DNA of 64,000 nucleotides from Phycisphaerae bacterium (GTDB lineage Bacteria; Planctomycetota; Phycisphaerae; UBA1845; Fen-1342), in contig JASFQK010000002.1 of NCBI GenBank assembly GCA_050115495.1, positions 64,001 through 128,000 on the forward strand, read 5' to 3'. Position numbers and translations under genes: made by a program. Shown piece after piece: positions 49,942 through 58,287 of this stretch (the first letter of the stretch is position 1; each line of letters opens with the position of its first letter). The notes beneath the pieces were generated by a model. It did not search any database. It had not been told where the DNA came from and saw only the letters and a program-made list of their open reading frames with translations.

Positions 49942-52350
49942 TTACTGCGGGTTTAGCGGCATGTTGTGAGCACCGCGAACGTAGGCCACGAAGTGGCGGA
50001 AGAAGTCGGGGGCCCGTGGACGAGGCCCGGGGAAGATGACCAGCTCGTCGACGTAATCCCACGGCGGATAGTCCGGACTCTGGCCGTACCAGGGGTCGTT
50101 CAGCTCCGCACCGATCTGCCACGAGACGCTCAGCTCGTAGTCCTTGTCACACAGGTAGAAGTAGCGGTCGCCGTCCAGCCTAACCGTACCTTCGCCCAGG
50201 GAGAACCACGGCTGAATGGGCACGTTGCCGTACAATTGCGCCTGGTCGTAGATCTGGAGGAAGTAGGCGCGCATGGCCTCCATGTCCTGCGAGTAGAATC
50301 CGCCGCTGAACGAGTCGCCCTGTTCCTCGAGGTTGAAGTAGCGGTTGCAGCAGCCGCGGCCGCGGGCGAACCAGTTCACAGGCGCGCTCGGGTAGACGCT
50401 CTTGCAGATGTCGTACATCGCGTCGTATTTCTCGACCATCGCCGCATTCCACGTGTCCGCCCCGGAGCCGCCCTGCTCCTGGATCTTCCAGATTTCCGTG
50501 TCCAGGAAGATGCCGGAAACCTGCACGTTCGAGCCGAACTCGGTGTTCGCCGCGTCGATCATGTCCTTCACGCCGGAGAGGTAGTAGGTGAAGTTGTCCA
50601 GCTCCTCCTGGTACTCCGGCCCGGTGTACGTCGGCGGCGCGCCCCGCGGCCACCAGTGGGCGTACGGCGAGAAGTGCAGAGCGATCGTCGCCGGCAGCGT
50701 CGGGTTCGTCGCGTTCACCTGCTTGCACGCGTACACAGCGGCGCGTGCTTCCGGCGCATCCACCCAGCGCACGAGCAACCCGGCCGAGTGCGTCACACGC
50801 ACGTATTCATACAGCACCGGATCGTTCGGATCGTCCAGCATGTAGTCGTAGAAGCCGAAGTTGTGGTGTACCTTCGGCAACGGCGGCAGAAGCTGCAGCG
50901 CCGCCACGATCTCCGCATCCGACGGCGGAGGCGCGCGCTCCACCAGCACCGGTAGCACGTACTCCTCGCCGCCGCCGGTGATTACCAACGTGCTCTCGTT
51001 CAGCCCCGTCTGCCAGCTCGTTTCACAGCGGCGCACCACCACCGAGACCGTCCGCCACGCCTTCGGCCCCAGCGACCCCGACCGGACATCCGGTTCGACC
51101 CAGTCGTCGTCCGGCGTCACGACGAACGACAGCGTCTGGTCACTCGAGTTGTACAGCTCGACCAGTCGCTCGATGTCGTCTTCACCGTAGTCCAGCGTGT
51201 CGACGTTCACCTGCAGAGCGGCCGGCGGCGGGTCCACCGTCATCCGCACCACCACGCCGGCCCACTGCCCGTCCTCGCTGGCCACTTCGACCAGCCCCGA
51301 GTAGTTGCCCGGCGTCAGCTCGGCTCGCGACACGGTGACGTTGATCACGTCGTTTTCGCCGGTGTTCGAGCCGCTCTCGGGCGAGACTCGCACCCACTTC
51401 TCATCGCAACTCACGGAGAAGTCCAGCGTGCCCAACCCGGTGTTGCGCACCACGAACGAACCGGCCTCCGTGGCGTGGCCGAAGTCCACCTGGCTTTCGC
51501 TCACCCATAGCACCGGCTGGCTGTCGGCCTCGCCCACGGCCATCGTGACCGCCACGTAGGCCCGCTCGCCGCCAGCGTTCACCACCAGCGTGCCCTGGTA
51601 ATACCCGGTTGGGAGGCCGTCACGGCTGACGTGCACGCCCACGGCCCGGTATTCGCCGTTACTCGTTCCCGAGGCGTTGTCCAGCGTGATCCAGCCGACG
51701 TCGGCCTGCACCTCGTAGGCCAGTTCGCCGGTGCCCAGGTTCCGCACGTAGATCTGCGCCGTGGTGGCCGCAGAGCCCAGTGCGAGGGTTTCCGGCGTGA
51801 CGGAGAGGCCGCCCTCGGTGTCGCCCCCGGTGTCGTCGTCAGTCGGTCCAAGCGGAGATGGGCCGCCGCCGCCGGTGCCACCCGAGGTGCCGCCCTCTTC
51901 CGCGTCGCCGGTGTCGGGGACGTTTGCCTGTACGGTCACGAGCGTGGTCTGGCCCTCGGCCTGGATTTCCAGTGTGGCTGAATAGTCGCCGCTCGACAGG
52001 GCGCCGCGATCCACGACTACGCGGACTTCCTGCGTCTCGTCACCGATATCGCCCTGCGGGGCGCTGGCCTGCACCCAGTCCGCGCCGCTGCTGACGGTGT
52101 AGGTGACTGCGTGTCCGGAGAGATTGGTCAACTCGAATGATCGTTCAGTGAGGTACTCGCCGAACACGAGGGTGGCTGGGTCGGCCCGCAGCCAAGCCCC
52201 ACCTTCCCCCAGTTCCCCCAGCACGCCCGCGCCGTCCTCCAGCAACGATCCGCCGCCACAGCCCGACAGGCTGCAAGAGACGACGAGCACCACTGCCACC
52301 GACAGCGCGCGCTTCCAGCCCCACGTTTTGGCGACCCACGCCTTGAACAT
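49942..52350 (-). CDS. Lipoprotein with four BACON/Ig-like repeats and an unknown C-terminal domain
   Basis: Lipobox LSGC; four repeats of L.FG...F.V.N.G...L.Y.V...W....V.V.R..L..G.Y.G. Confidence 0.75.
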   Translation of the reverse strand: MFKAWVAKTWGWKRALSVAVVLVVSCSLSGCGGGSLLEDGAGVLGELGEGGAWLRADPATLVFGEYLTERSFELTNLSGHAVTYTVSSGADWVQASAPQGDIGDETQEVRVVVDRGALSSGDYSATLEIQAEGQTTLVTVQANVPDTGDAEEGGTSGGTGGGGPSPLGPTDDDTGGDTEGGLSVTPETLALGSAATTAQIYVRNLGTGELAYEVQADVGWITLDNASGTSNGEYRAVGVHVSRDGLPTGYYQGTLVVNAGGERAYVAVTMAVGEADSQPVLWVSESQVDFGHATEAGSFVVRNTGLGTLDFSVSCDEKWVRVSPESGSNTGENDVINVTVSRAELTPGNYSGLVEVASEDGQWAGVVVRMTVDPPPAALQVNVDTLDYGEDDIERLVELYNSSDQTLSFVVTPDDDWVEPDVRSGSLGPKAWRTVSVVVRRCETSWQTGLNESTLVITGGGEEYVLPVLVERAPPPSDAEIVAALQLLPPLPKVHHNFGFYDYMLDDPNDPVLYEYVRVTHSAGLLVRWVDAPEARAAVYACKQVNATNPTLPATIALHFSPYAHWWPRGAPPTYTGPEYQEELDNFTYYLSGVKDMIDAANTEFGSNVQVSGIFLDTEIWKIQEQGGSGADTWNAAMVEKYDAMYDICKSVYPSAPVNWFARGRGCCNRYFNLEEQGDSFSGGFYSQDMEAMRAYFLQIYDQAQLYGNVPIQPWFSLGEGTVRLDGDRYFYLCDKDYELSVSWQIGAELNDPWYGQSPDYPPWDYVDELVIFPGPRPRAPDFFRHFVAYVRGAHNMPLNPQ

Positions 52351-52621
52351 GCTTCTCTCCCGGCCGCCCACCCAAACCATGTAGCAGGCCCCGATACCGC
52401 TCCCGGGCCACGAACTGAAGTGTGTGAAACAGGGTAAGCTGGGGCAAATAGAAAGATAACTAGATGACAGCTGTCGTTAATAGGGGCAGTATTAGAGGTG
52501 TGGACGGCCTCGCAGGGCCGGTCAGAGCAGACGAGTGCTATCGGTTCAGTTGGCGGGGTTCAGCAATAAGGAATTGCCGGTCGGCGGTTGGGTGAGTGAG
52601 GCGGACGGGAAATGGGGACAG

Positions 52622-52657
52622 ATAACAAGAACGAGGCCACCGCGTGGGTGGCCTCGT
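52622..52657 (-). terminator. Rho-independent terminator after the RRM gene
   Basis: Minus strand ACGAGGCCACC-cacgc-GGTGGCCTCGT followed by TCTTGTT. Confidence 0.65.
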
Positions 52658-52695
52658 GAACAACTGTCTCGGACGTTGTGTGTCGGTAGGGGGGT

Positions 52696-53013
52696 CTAGT
52701 ACCCGCCGCGGCTCCCGCCGCGACCACCGTACCCACCGCGACCGCCGCCACCGCCGCCGCGAGATTCGCGGGGTTTGGCGACGTTGACGGTCAGTGCCCG
52801 GCCCATGTGCTGCTGGCCGTTCAAGGCACTGATGGCTGCCTGCGCCTCTTCTTCGCTCGCCATTTCGACGAAACCAAAGCCCTTGCTCTGCCCGGTCGCC
52901 CGATCCGTGATGACTTCCGCGCTCTCAACAGTTCCATGCTGGCCCAGCAGTTGTTCGAGGTCTGAGCTGCTGACCGAGTAGCTCAGATTCCCCACGTACA
53001 GCTTTTTGCCCAC
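52696..53013 (-). CDS. RRM RNA-binding protein with a Gly/Arg-rich tail
   Basis: KLYVGNL (RNP2) and KGFGFVEM (RNP1); RGG tail. Confidence 0.95.
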   Translation of the reverse strand: MGKKLYVGNLSYSVSSSDLEQLLGQHGTVESAEVITDRATGQSKGFGFVEMASEEEAQAAISALNGQQHMGRALTVNVAKPRESRGGGGGGRGGYGGRGGSRGGY

Positions 53014-53183
53014 CGCAAGCTCTCCTATGGCTGGCGAGCACGACCCGTTCTTTCTCTTTCAGGGTCGTAAGTGAAAGTGGCCTACGTTCCGGCCCGGAAG
53101 GTGCGAGGCGTCCAGGAAGTGCGTTGCGGACATGACTGTCAAGCGCCACGGCGCGACCTGTTCGACGAACCAACCAATGACAC

Positions 53184-53211
53184 AGTATATCCCCCCGCCC
53201 ACCAATGGCAA
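53184..53211 (-). promoter_or_regulatory. Putative sigma70 promoter of the RRM gene (leader of about 165 nt)
   Basis: Minus strand TTGCCA-N16-TATACT. Confidence 0.5.
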
Positions 53212-53288
53212 CGGGTTTTCGGGCCCCCGATGGGGGTACGGGCCGCCGGTGCCAGGCGGCGGCCCGGACCGTATACCGCCGGGTGTGC

Positions 53289-53624
53289 CTAGCTGGCGGC
53301 GCGTTGCGTGACCGGGGCATGGCCATCCGCCTTCAACTCACGCAGGATGGCGTCGACCACATAGTCGAGCTTGGCCTCGGTAACGTACGTGTCTGCGGCG
53401 ATCTGCTGCCGCACCTGCTGCACGCGCAGCTCATCGGGCGGCGTCGGCTGTGCCAGCCACGTGGCGAGCACCTCCCGGAAGGCCGCGTCCGTCCCGGACG
53501 GTGGCGTTTCGGCCGCCTTGCCGGGCGCGGCCGATGCCGCGTGCCGCTGTGTGGCCGCAAGTGCGTCAGTACAAACCCGACTGCTGTTTCCCGTCCAGCC
53601 TGTTGTCGCGTGTACCGTGTTCAT
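53289..53624 (-). CDS. flgM: Anti-sigma28 factor FlgM-like protein
   Basis: C-terminal RVQQVRQQIAADTYVTEAKLDYVVDAILREL matches the FlgM C-terminal pattern; low-complexity N-terminus. Confidence 0.6.
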   Translation of the reverse strand: MNTVHATTGWTGNSSRVCTDALAATQRHAASAAPGKAAETPPSGTDAAFREVLATWLAQPTPPDELRVQQVRQQIAADTYVTEAKLDYVVDAILRELKADGHAPVTQRAAS

Positions 53625-53967
53625 GATTCTCTTCCAATTCACGCCTCGCTCACGAGCACCTCCAGTGCTCACCCGCTTGACCTATCGACGTGCGGGACGC
53701 GACCGCTTCTGCATTGCCGACGTCGCCTAAATCCTTTGTATGTTACGCACTCCCCCCGGTTTAACAGTTTCGAGACTCTGAGACGCGCGTCGCGTTAAAC
53801 TGGGAGGAATTTGTCCCGTTTCGAAGTTGAAAGAACTTCTCCGCCGCGCAAAAAAGCTGGAAGATTCAGGCGCAATCTCTGCGCAGTGGATCTTGAAAGG
53901 GGCGATAACTCCGCGGAATTTCCGACTCCAATTGCCGTCCGCGTCAGCCTTTGCGGGCCGGTTCAGA

Positions 53968-55476
53968 TTATGGGTAGACCTTGCCCAGCATGCGGGCGTA
54001 TGGAATCGTCTCGCGAATGTGCTTCAGTCCGCATATCCACGCCACCGTCCGTTCCACACCCAGGCCGAAGCCACCGTGCGGGACGGTCCCATACCGGCGG
54101 AGGTCGAGATACCACTCGTAGTCGGCCGGGTTGAGATGTTGTCGGTGGATGGACTCCAGCAGTACGTCGGGATCGTCCTCGCGCTGTGAGCCACCGATGA
54201 TTTCGCCGTAGCCTTCCGGGGCGAGCAGGTCCAGGTTGTTTACCACGCGGTGGTCCTGCTCGTTGCGTTTCATGTAGAACGCCCGGCAGTCGCGGGGGTA
54301 GTGCGTGACGAAAACGGGGCGGTCGTGGAGGCGGGCGATGATGGTTTCGTCTGAGCCGCCCAGGTCCGTGCCCCATTCGAAGTTGGCGGCGAGCTGCATG
54401 TGCGTCGGGATGTTGCGCACGTCGTCTTCGCGGTCGGCCAATTCCTCGCGCAGTTCGGCGACCTCCTGGGCGAGCTTCTCCGCCTGCCATTTTTTCGCCC
54501 CGGGAGCGGTGCGCTCGGCCTCCTTGTCCTGGATGAGCTGCCGCAGCTCGGCCACGCGGGCGGTGGCGGCGGCGAGCTGCTCTTCGAGCATTTGCCGCAC
54601 GCGGTCGCTGTGCAGGATGTCGGCGGCCTCGGTGTACGTCAGGCGGTAGAACGGCTTCTGGACCCGCTCCAGTGCCGCCAGGTCGCGGCCGAGCAGCTCC
54701 AGCTCTGCCCGCCGCTCGCGCAGGACAGTCTGCACAATCTCGTAGACAAAGTCCTCGGCGACGGCGAGCACGTCGTCCAGGTCGGCGTAGGCGATCTCGG
54801 GCTCGACCATCCAGAACTCGGTGAGGTGTCGCCGGGTCTTGCTCTTCTCCGCCCGGAAGGTCGGCCCGAAGCAGTAGACCTTGCGGTGGGCCATGCAGGC
54901 CGCTTCGAGGTAGAGCTGGCCGGTCTGGGCCAGGAAGACGTCGTCGCCGAAATAGTCGACCTTGAAGAGCGTCTGCGTCTCTTCGCCGGCGGCGGGGGCG
55001 AAGATGGGCGTGTCGATCAGGATGAAGCCGCGATCGTTGAAGAAGCGGCGGATGGCGTCGACGACGGTGGCCCGCACGCGCAGGATGGCCCATTGCCTTT
55101 GCGACCGGAACCACAGGTGCCGGTGGCGCATCAGGAAGTCGATGCCGTGCTCTTTGGGCGTGATGGGGTAGCCCTCGGCGGCCTGGACGGGGCGGACGTT
55201 GCTGACGGCCAGCTCGTGGCCGCCGACGCTGCGCTCCTCCCGGCGGACGGTGCCGTCGACTTCGAGCGAGGACTCCTGCCCGAGGCGCTTGGCGGCGGCG
55301 AAGACCTCCTCGTTGTCGGGGGTCTTCTCCAGCACGCACTGGCACAGGCCCGTGCCGTCCCGCAGGACGAGGAAGAGGAGCTTGCCACTGGAGCGGCTGT
55401 TGTACAGCCAGCCCCGAAGTGTTACCGTTTGGCCGACATGGTCGGGCAGTTCTGCAATGGTTGTGTCGATCGCCAT
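53968..55476 (-). CDS. asnS: Asparagine--tRNA ligase with an internal coiled-coil insertion
   Basis: RGWLYNSRSSGKLLFL, FRAEKSKTRRHLTEFWM, GEIIGGSQRE and HGGFGLGVER. Confidence 0.95.
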   Translation of the reverse strand: MAIDTTIAELPDHVGQTVTLRGWLYNSRSSGKLLFLVLRDGTGLCQCVLEKTPDNEEVFAAAKRLGQESSLEVDGTVRREERSVGGHELAVSNVRPVQAAEGYPITPKEHGIDFLMRHRHLWFRSQRQWAILRVRATVVDAIRRFFNDRGFILIDTPIFAPAAGEETQTLFKVDYFGDDVFLAQTGQLYLEAACMAHRKVYCFGPTFRAEKSKTRRHLTEFWMVEPEIAYADLDDVLAVAEDFVYEIVQTVLRERRAELELLGRDLAALERVQKPFYRLTYTEAADILHSDRVRQMLEEQLAAATARVAELRQLIQDKEAERTAPGAKKWQAEKLAQEVAELREELADREDDVRNIPTHMQLAANFEWGTDLGGSDETIIARLHDRPVFVTHYPRDCRAFYMKRNEQDHRVVNNLDLLAPEGYGEIIGGSQREDDPDVLLESIHRQHLNPADYEWYLDLRRYGTVPHGGFGLGVERTVAWICGLKHIRETIPYARMLGKVYP

Positions 55477-55527
55477 GGACCGCGTTCCTTTCTGCTGCGT
55501 GGTCAACGAGCGGACAGTGTACGCGCC

Positions 55528-56409
55528 CTGGCGCAGACCCTGCAACGTGTCGCCGGCTGGTCGTTGCTATTGCTGCTGGCCGGGGGCTGCACGCTGGGGA
55601 ACGTGCCGCCGACGGTTCACGTTCGGATAACCGGGGCCCAGATTGCCACCGAGCTCGTCCAGTCCTGGCTCGAAGACGCGAAGTCCTACCGCTTCGACGT
55701 GACCCGCTCGGAGAACCCGGTCTGGTCGGACGTGGGGTTCCGGGCCCTGGCCCGCGGCGATTGCGACGTGGCCTGCACCGACCGTCCCATCGAGCGGGCG
55801 GAGTTGGAGCGTTTCGGCGACCGCGAGGTGCACGGCTACCGCGTCGCCTTCTACGGCTACGCCCTATACGTCCACCCGAGCAATCCCCTGGACAGCATCT
55901 TCGCCAGGCACATCAGCCTGCTCTTCCAGCGGAAGATCGTGGACTGGCATGAATTGGGCGGGACGCAGCTTCCCGACCTGACCGGCCCGATCATCCTGTA
56001 CGGCCCGCGCAAATGCACCCGCGGCGGCTTGGTCCTGATGCGGCAGGCGGGCATCTGGTTCGCCGAGCCGACGTGGCACGCTCTGGACAGCGACACCGAG
56101 ATTGTGGGTCGCGTGGCCGCCGACCCGCAGGCCGTCGGTTTTGCCAGCATCGGCCTGGACGAGGGCGTTCGTTACCTGGGCATCCGCATGCAACGAACGG
56201 GGACGCCGGCCTTCCCGTCGCTGGAAGAGATCGAGTCGGGGCGCTACGGCCTGGCCAAGGTCATCTACGTGTACTGCGTGGCCCCGCCGAACGAGCCTGC
56301 CGGCGCCGTGATCGAGTATCTCTTCAGCGAGCGCGGTCGCCAGGCGATCGAGCGTACGGACGTCTGGCCGATCGCGTGGGACCGGGCCGCGGTCAACACG
56401 CCACAATGA
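55528..56409 (+). CDS. PstS-like substrate-binding lipoprotein (start uncertain)
   Basis: Lipobox LAGGC; YVHPSNPLDSI...LFQRKIVDWHELGG, DPQAVGFAS, IESGRYGL and FSERGRQ resemble the PBP/PstS family. Confidence 0.7.
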   Translation: MAQTLQRVAGWSLLLLLAGGCTLGNVPPTVHVRITGAQIATELVQSWLEDAKSYRFDVTRSENPVWSDVGFRALARGDCDVACTDRPIERAELERFGDREVHGYRVAFYGYALYVHPSNPLDSIFARHISLLFQRKIVDWHELGGTQLPDLTGPIILYGPRKCTRGGLVLMRQAGIWFAEPTWHALDSDTEIVGRVAADPQAVGFASIGLDEGVRYLGIRMQRTGTPAFPSLEEIESGRYGLAKVIYVYCVAPPNEPAGAVIEYLFSERGRQAIERTDVWPIAWDRAAVNTPQ

Positions 56410-57602
56410 CCCCGCTTCGCATCCGCAGTGTCAAGATTCACCAACTGGCCATCCCGTTGCGCCTGCGCTTCGAGCACGCCGCGGCCACGCGTGATACGGC
56501 GGATCCGATCATCGTGCAGCTCGGGGCCGGCTCGCCCTATGCCCACGTGGCCGGTTTCGGCGAGACGCTGGCCCGTACGTACGTGACCGGCGAGTCGGTC
56601 GCCTCCGTGGTCGAGGACATCACCCACGTATTCGCCCCGCGGCTGGCGGCGTTCACCGCGACGAGTTTCCCCGAGGCGCTGGAGTTCATTGAGGCGCTGC
56701 CGGTGCAGCTCGGCGGCCGGATCGTCACCGCCGCCCGGACCGCCGTCGAGCTGGCCCTGCTCGACCTGGCGGGTCGCGTCTATCGACGCCGGCTGGCGGA
56801 CATCGTTGGCTGGATGGGCCTGCCCGGTTTCGGCCCGCCCGGCTGCCTGCCCACGGCCCGGTATTCGGGGGTCGTTGTGGGTCACACGCGGGCGAAGGTC
56901 GCCGGCCTGCTTCGCCTGCAACGGCTGTACGGGCTTCGTGATTTCAAGCTCAAGGTCGCGGTCGAGGGGTGGGAGGAGCGTCTTGGCTGGGCGCGGGCGG
57001 TTCTCCGGCGGGGGCTGGAGCACCGCCGACTGTCGCTGCGCGTCGATGCCAACGCGGGCTGGTCGGCGGCGGACGCCAGCGAGGCGCTGCCGATTCTCGA
57101 ACAGGGCGGCGTCTGCGCCGTGGAGCAGCCGCTCTCCGATGCCGACGACGAGCACCTGCCCTGGCTGGCCGAGCAGACCCGCTGCGCCCTGATCGTCGAC
57201 GAATCCCTGCTGACCATTCGCGACGCCGAGCGGCTCATCCACGCCGGCGGGGTCGACGTGCTGAACATCCGCATCGCCAAGAACGGCGGGTTGATGCCGG
57301 CGTTGCGCATCGCTCGATTGGCCCTGACCTCCGGGCTGGAAGTGCAGCTCGGCTGCCTGGTCGGCGAGACGAGCGTGCTTACCGCCGCCGGCATCGGCTT
57401 CCTCGAAGCCTGCCCGAAGGTGCGCTTCGTCGAGGGGGCGTTCGGCCGGCTGCTGCTCCGGCGGGACATCGTCCGTAGGCCGTTGCGGTTCGGGTATCGC
57501 GGGCGGGTTCGTCCGCTACGGGCCCCGGGGCTGGGTGTCGAGGTCGATCCGCAGGCCCTGGAGGAACTGGCGGCCGAGCGGCCCCGGGTCCTGTCCCTCT
57601 GA
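56406..57602 (+). CDS. Enolase-superfamily enzyme (MLE/dipeptide-epimerase subgroup)
   Basis: KLKV, RVDANAGW, VEQP, VDES, NIRIAKNGG, GCLVGE and PGLGV; ATGA overlap with the upstream gene. Confidence 0.85.
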   Translation: MTPLRIRSVKIHQLAIPLRLRFEHAAATRDTADPIIVQLGAGSPYAHVAGFGETLARTYVTGESVASVVEDITHVFAPRLAAFTATSFPEALEFIEALPVQLGGRIVTAARTAVELALLDLAGRVYRRRLADIVGWMGLPGFGPPGCLPTARYSGVVVGHTRAKVAGLLRLQRLYGLRDFKLKVAVEGWEERLGWARAVLRRGLEHRRLSLRVDANAGWSAADASEALPILEQGGVCAVEQPLSDADDEHLPWLAEQTRCALIVDESLLTIRDAERLIHAGGVDVLNIRIAKNGGLMPALRIARLALTSGLEVQLGCLVGETSVLTAAGIGFLEACPKVRFVEGAFGRLLLRRDIVRRPLRFGYRGRVRPLRAPGLGVEVDPQALEELAAERPRVLSL

Positions 57603-57632
57603 TCGCAGGTCCGATATGCCGCAGCCCTTGTC

Positions 57633-57661
57633 TTGGCACTGGCTTGGCCCGCCGATATGAT
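57633..57661 (+). promoter_or_regulatory. Putative sigma70 promoter giving a leaderless transcript of the secDF upstream ORF
   Basis: TTGGCA-N17-TATGAT, then 7 nt to the ATG at 57669. Confidence 0.65.
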
Positions 57662-57668
57662 GGGCGGG

Positions 57669-58166
57669 ATGCGTCGGGTTCTTGCCGACAAGCTGATCAG
57701 TATTGGTGGCGGGGTAGCGCTGCTGCTTCTTCTGGCCGTCCAGGAGAAGGTCTGCCCGCAGTTGCTCGAACCGCCCGCCGCGCCGGCGAAGTCGCGTGCG
57801 GCGACGCCGGCGACCCCCGCGCAACCGCAGACTCCCGAACAAGACGGATCCACCGAGCCCGAGCCGATTCCGCTGACGCTGACCAGCGTGCTGCCGGATG
57901 CGGTGCCGGCTCGCTGGTCCGGTCTGCCCAGCCGGGCTTCGGTGCGCGACACGGCCGGCTGGTGCAGTGGTGTCTCCGCCCGCCAGCCCCTGCTGCCGCC
58001 CGCCAGCGCGGCGGGGCCGTTTGTGGATCTCGACGCCACGCCGTTCTGGCGCTTGGCGCAGTGGTTACCTACCCCGGAAGGGACGCTGCCGCGCGGCGAT
58101 GCGCCGCCCGTGCGTGATCCCGCCCTCCACACCGTGCTTACGAGAACCGGACCGCCGCAGGCCTGA
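57669..58166 (+). CDS. Candidate translation-arrest (monitoring substrate) peptide upstream of secDF
   Basis: N-terminal basic plus hydrophobic segment, long Pro/Ala-rich linker, and C-terminal RTGPPQA-stop, 121 nt upstream of secDF. Confidence 0.6.
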   Translation: MRRVLADKLISIGGGVALLLLLAVQEKVCPQLLEPPAAPAKSRAATPATPAQPQTPEQDGSTEPEPIPLTLTSVLPDAVPARWSGLPSRASVRDTAGWCSGVSARQPLLPPASAAGPFVDLDATPFWRLAQWLPTPEGTLPRGDAPPVRDPALHTVLTRTGPPQA

Positions 58167-58287
58167 GCCGTGCGGTGTTCCCCGGCCATCTCCCGGCCGG
58201 CCGTGGCTCGCGCTGTTGCCGCAGCCGTAGCCTGAATGCTCGTAAGCAAGGTCCAAGCGACGTTGTACGTCCGTTGAGGAACCCTCT

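Noticed and set aside
52464..52477. Near-palindrome ATGACAGCTGTCGT upstream of the BACON gene
   Set aside because: Single imperfect occurrence with no regulator nearby; support is insufficient.
53680..53710. Possible sigma28 -10 (GTCGATAG) upstream of the flgM-like gene; similar CCGATA boxes before fliS and the GT3 gene
   Set aside because: No convincing -35 element, and CCGATA is frequent in GC-rich DNA.
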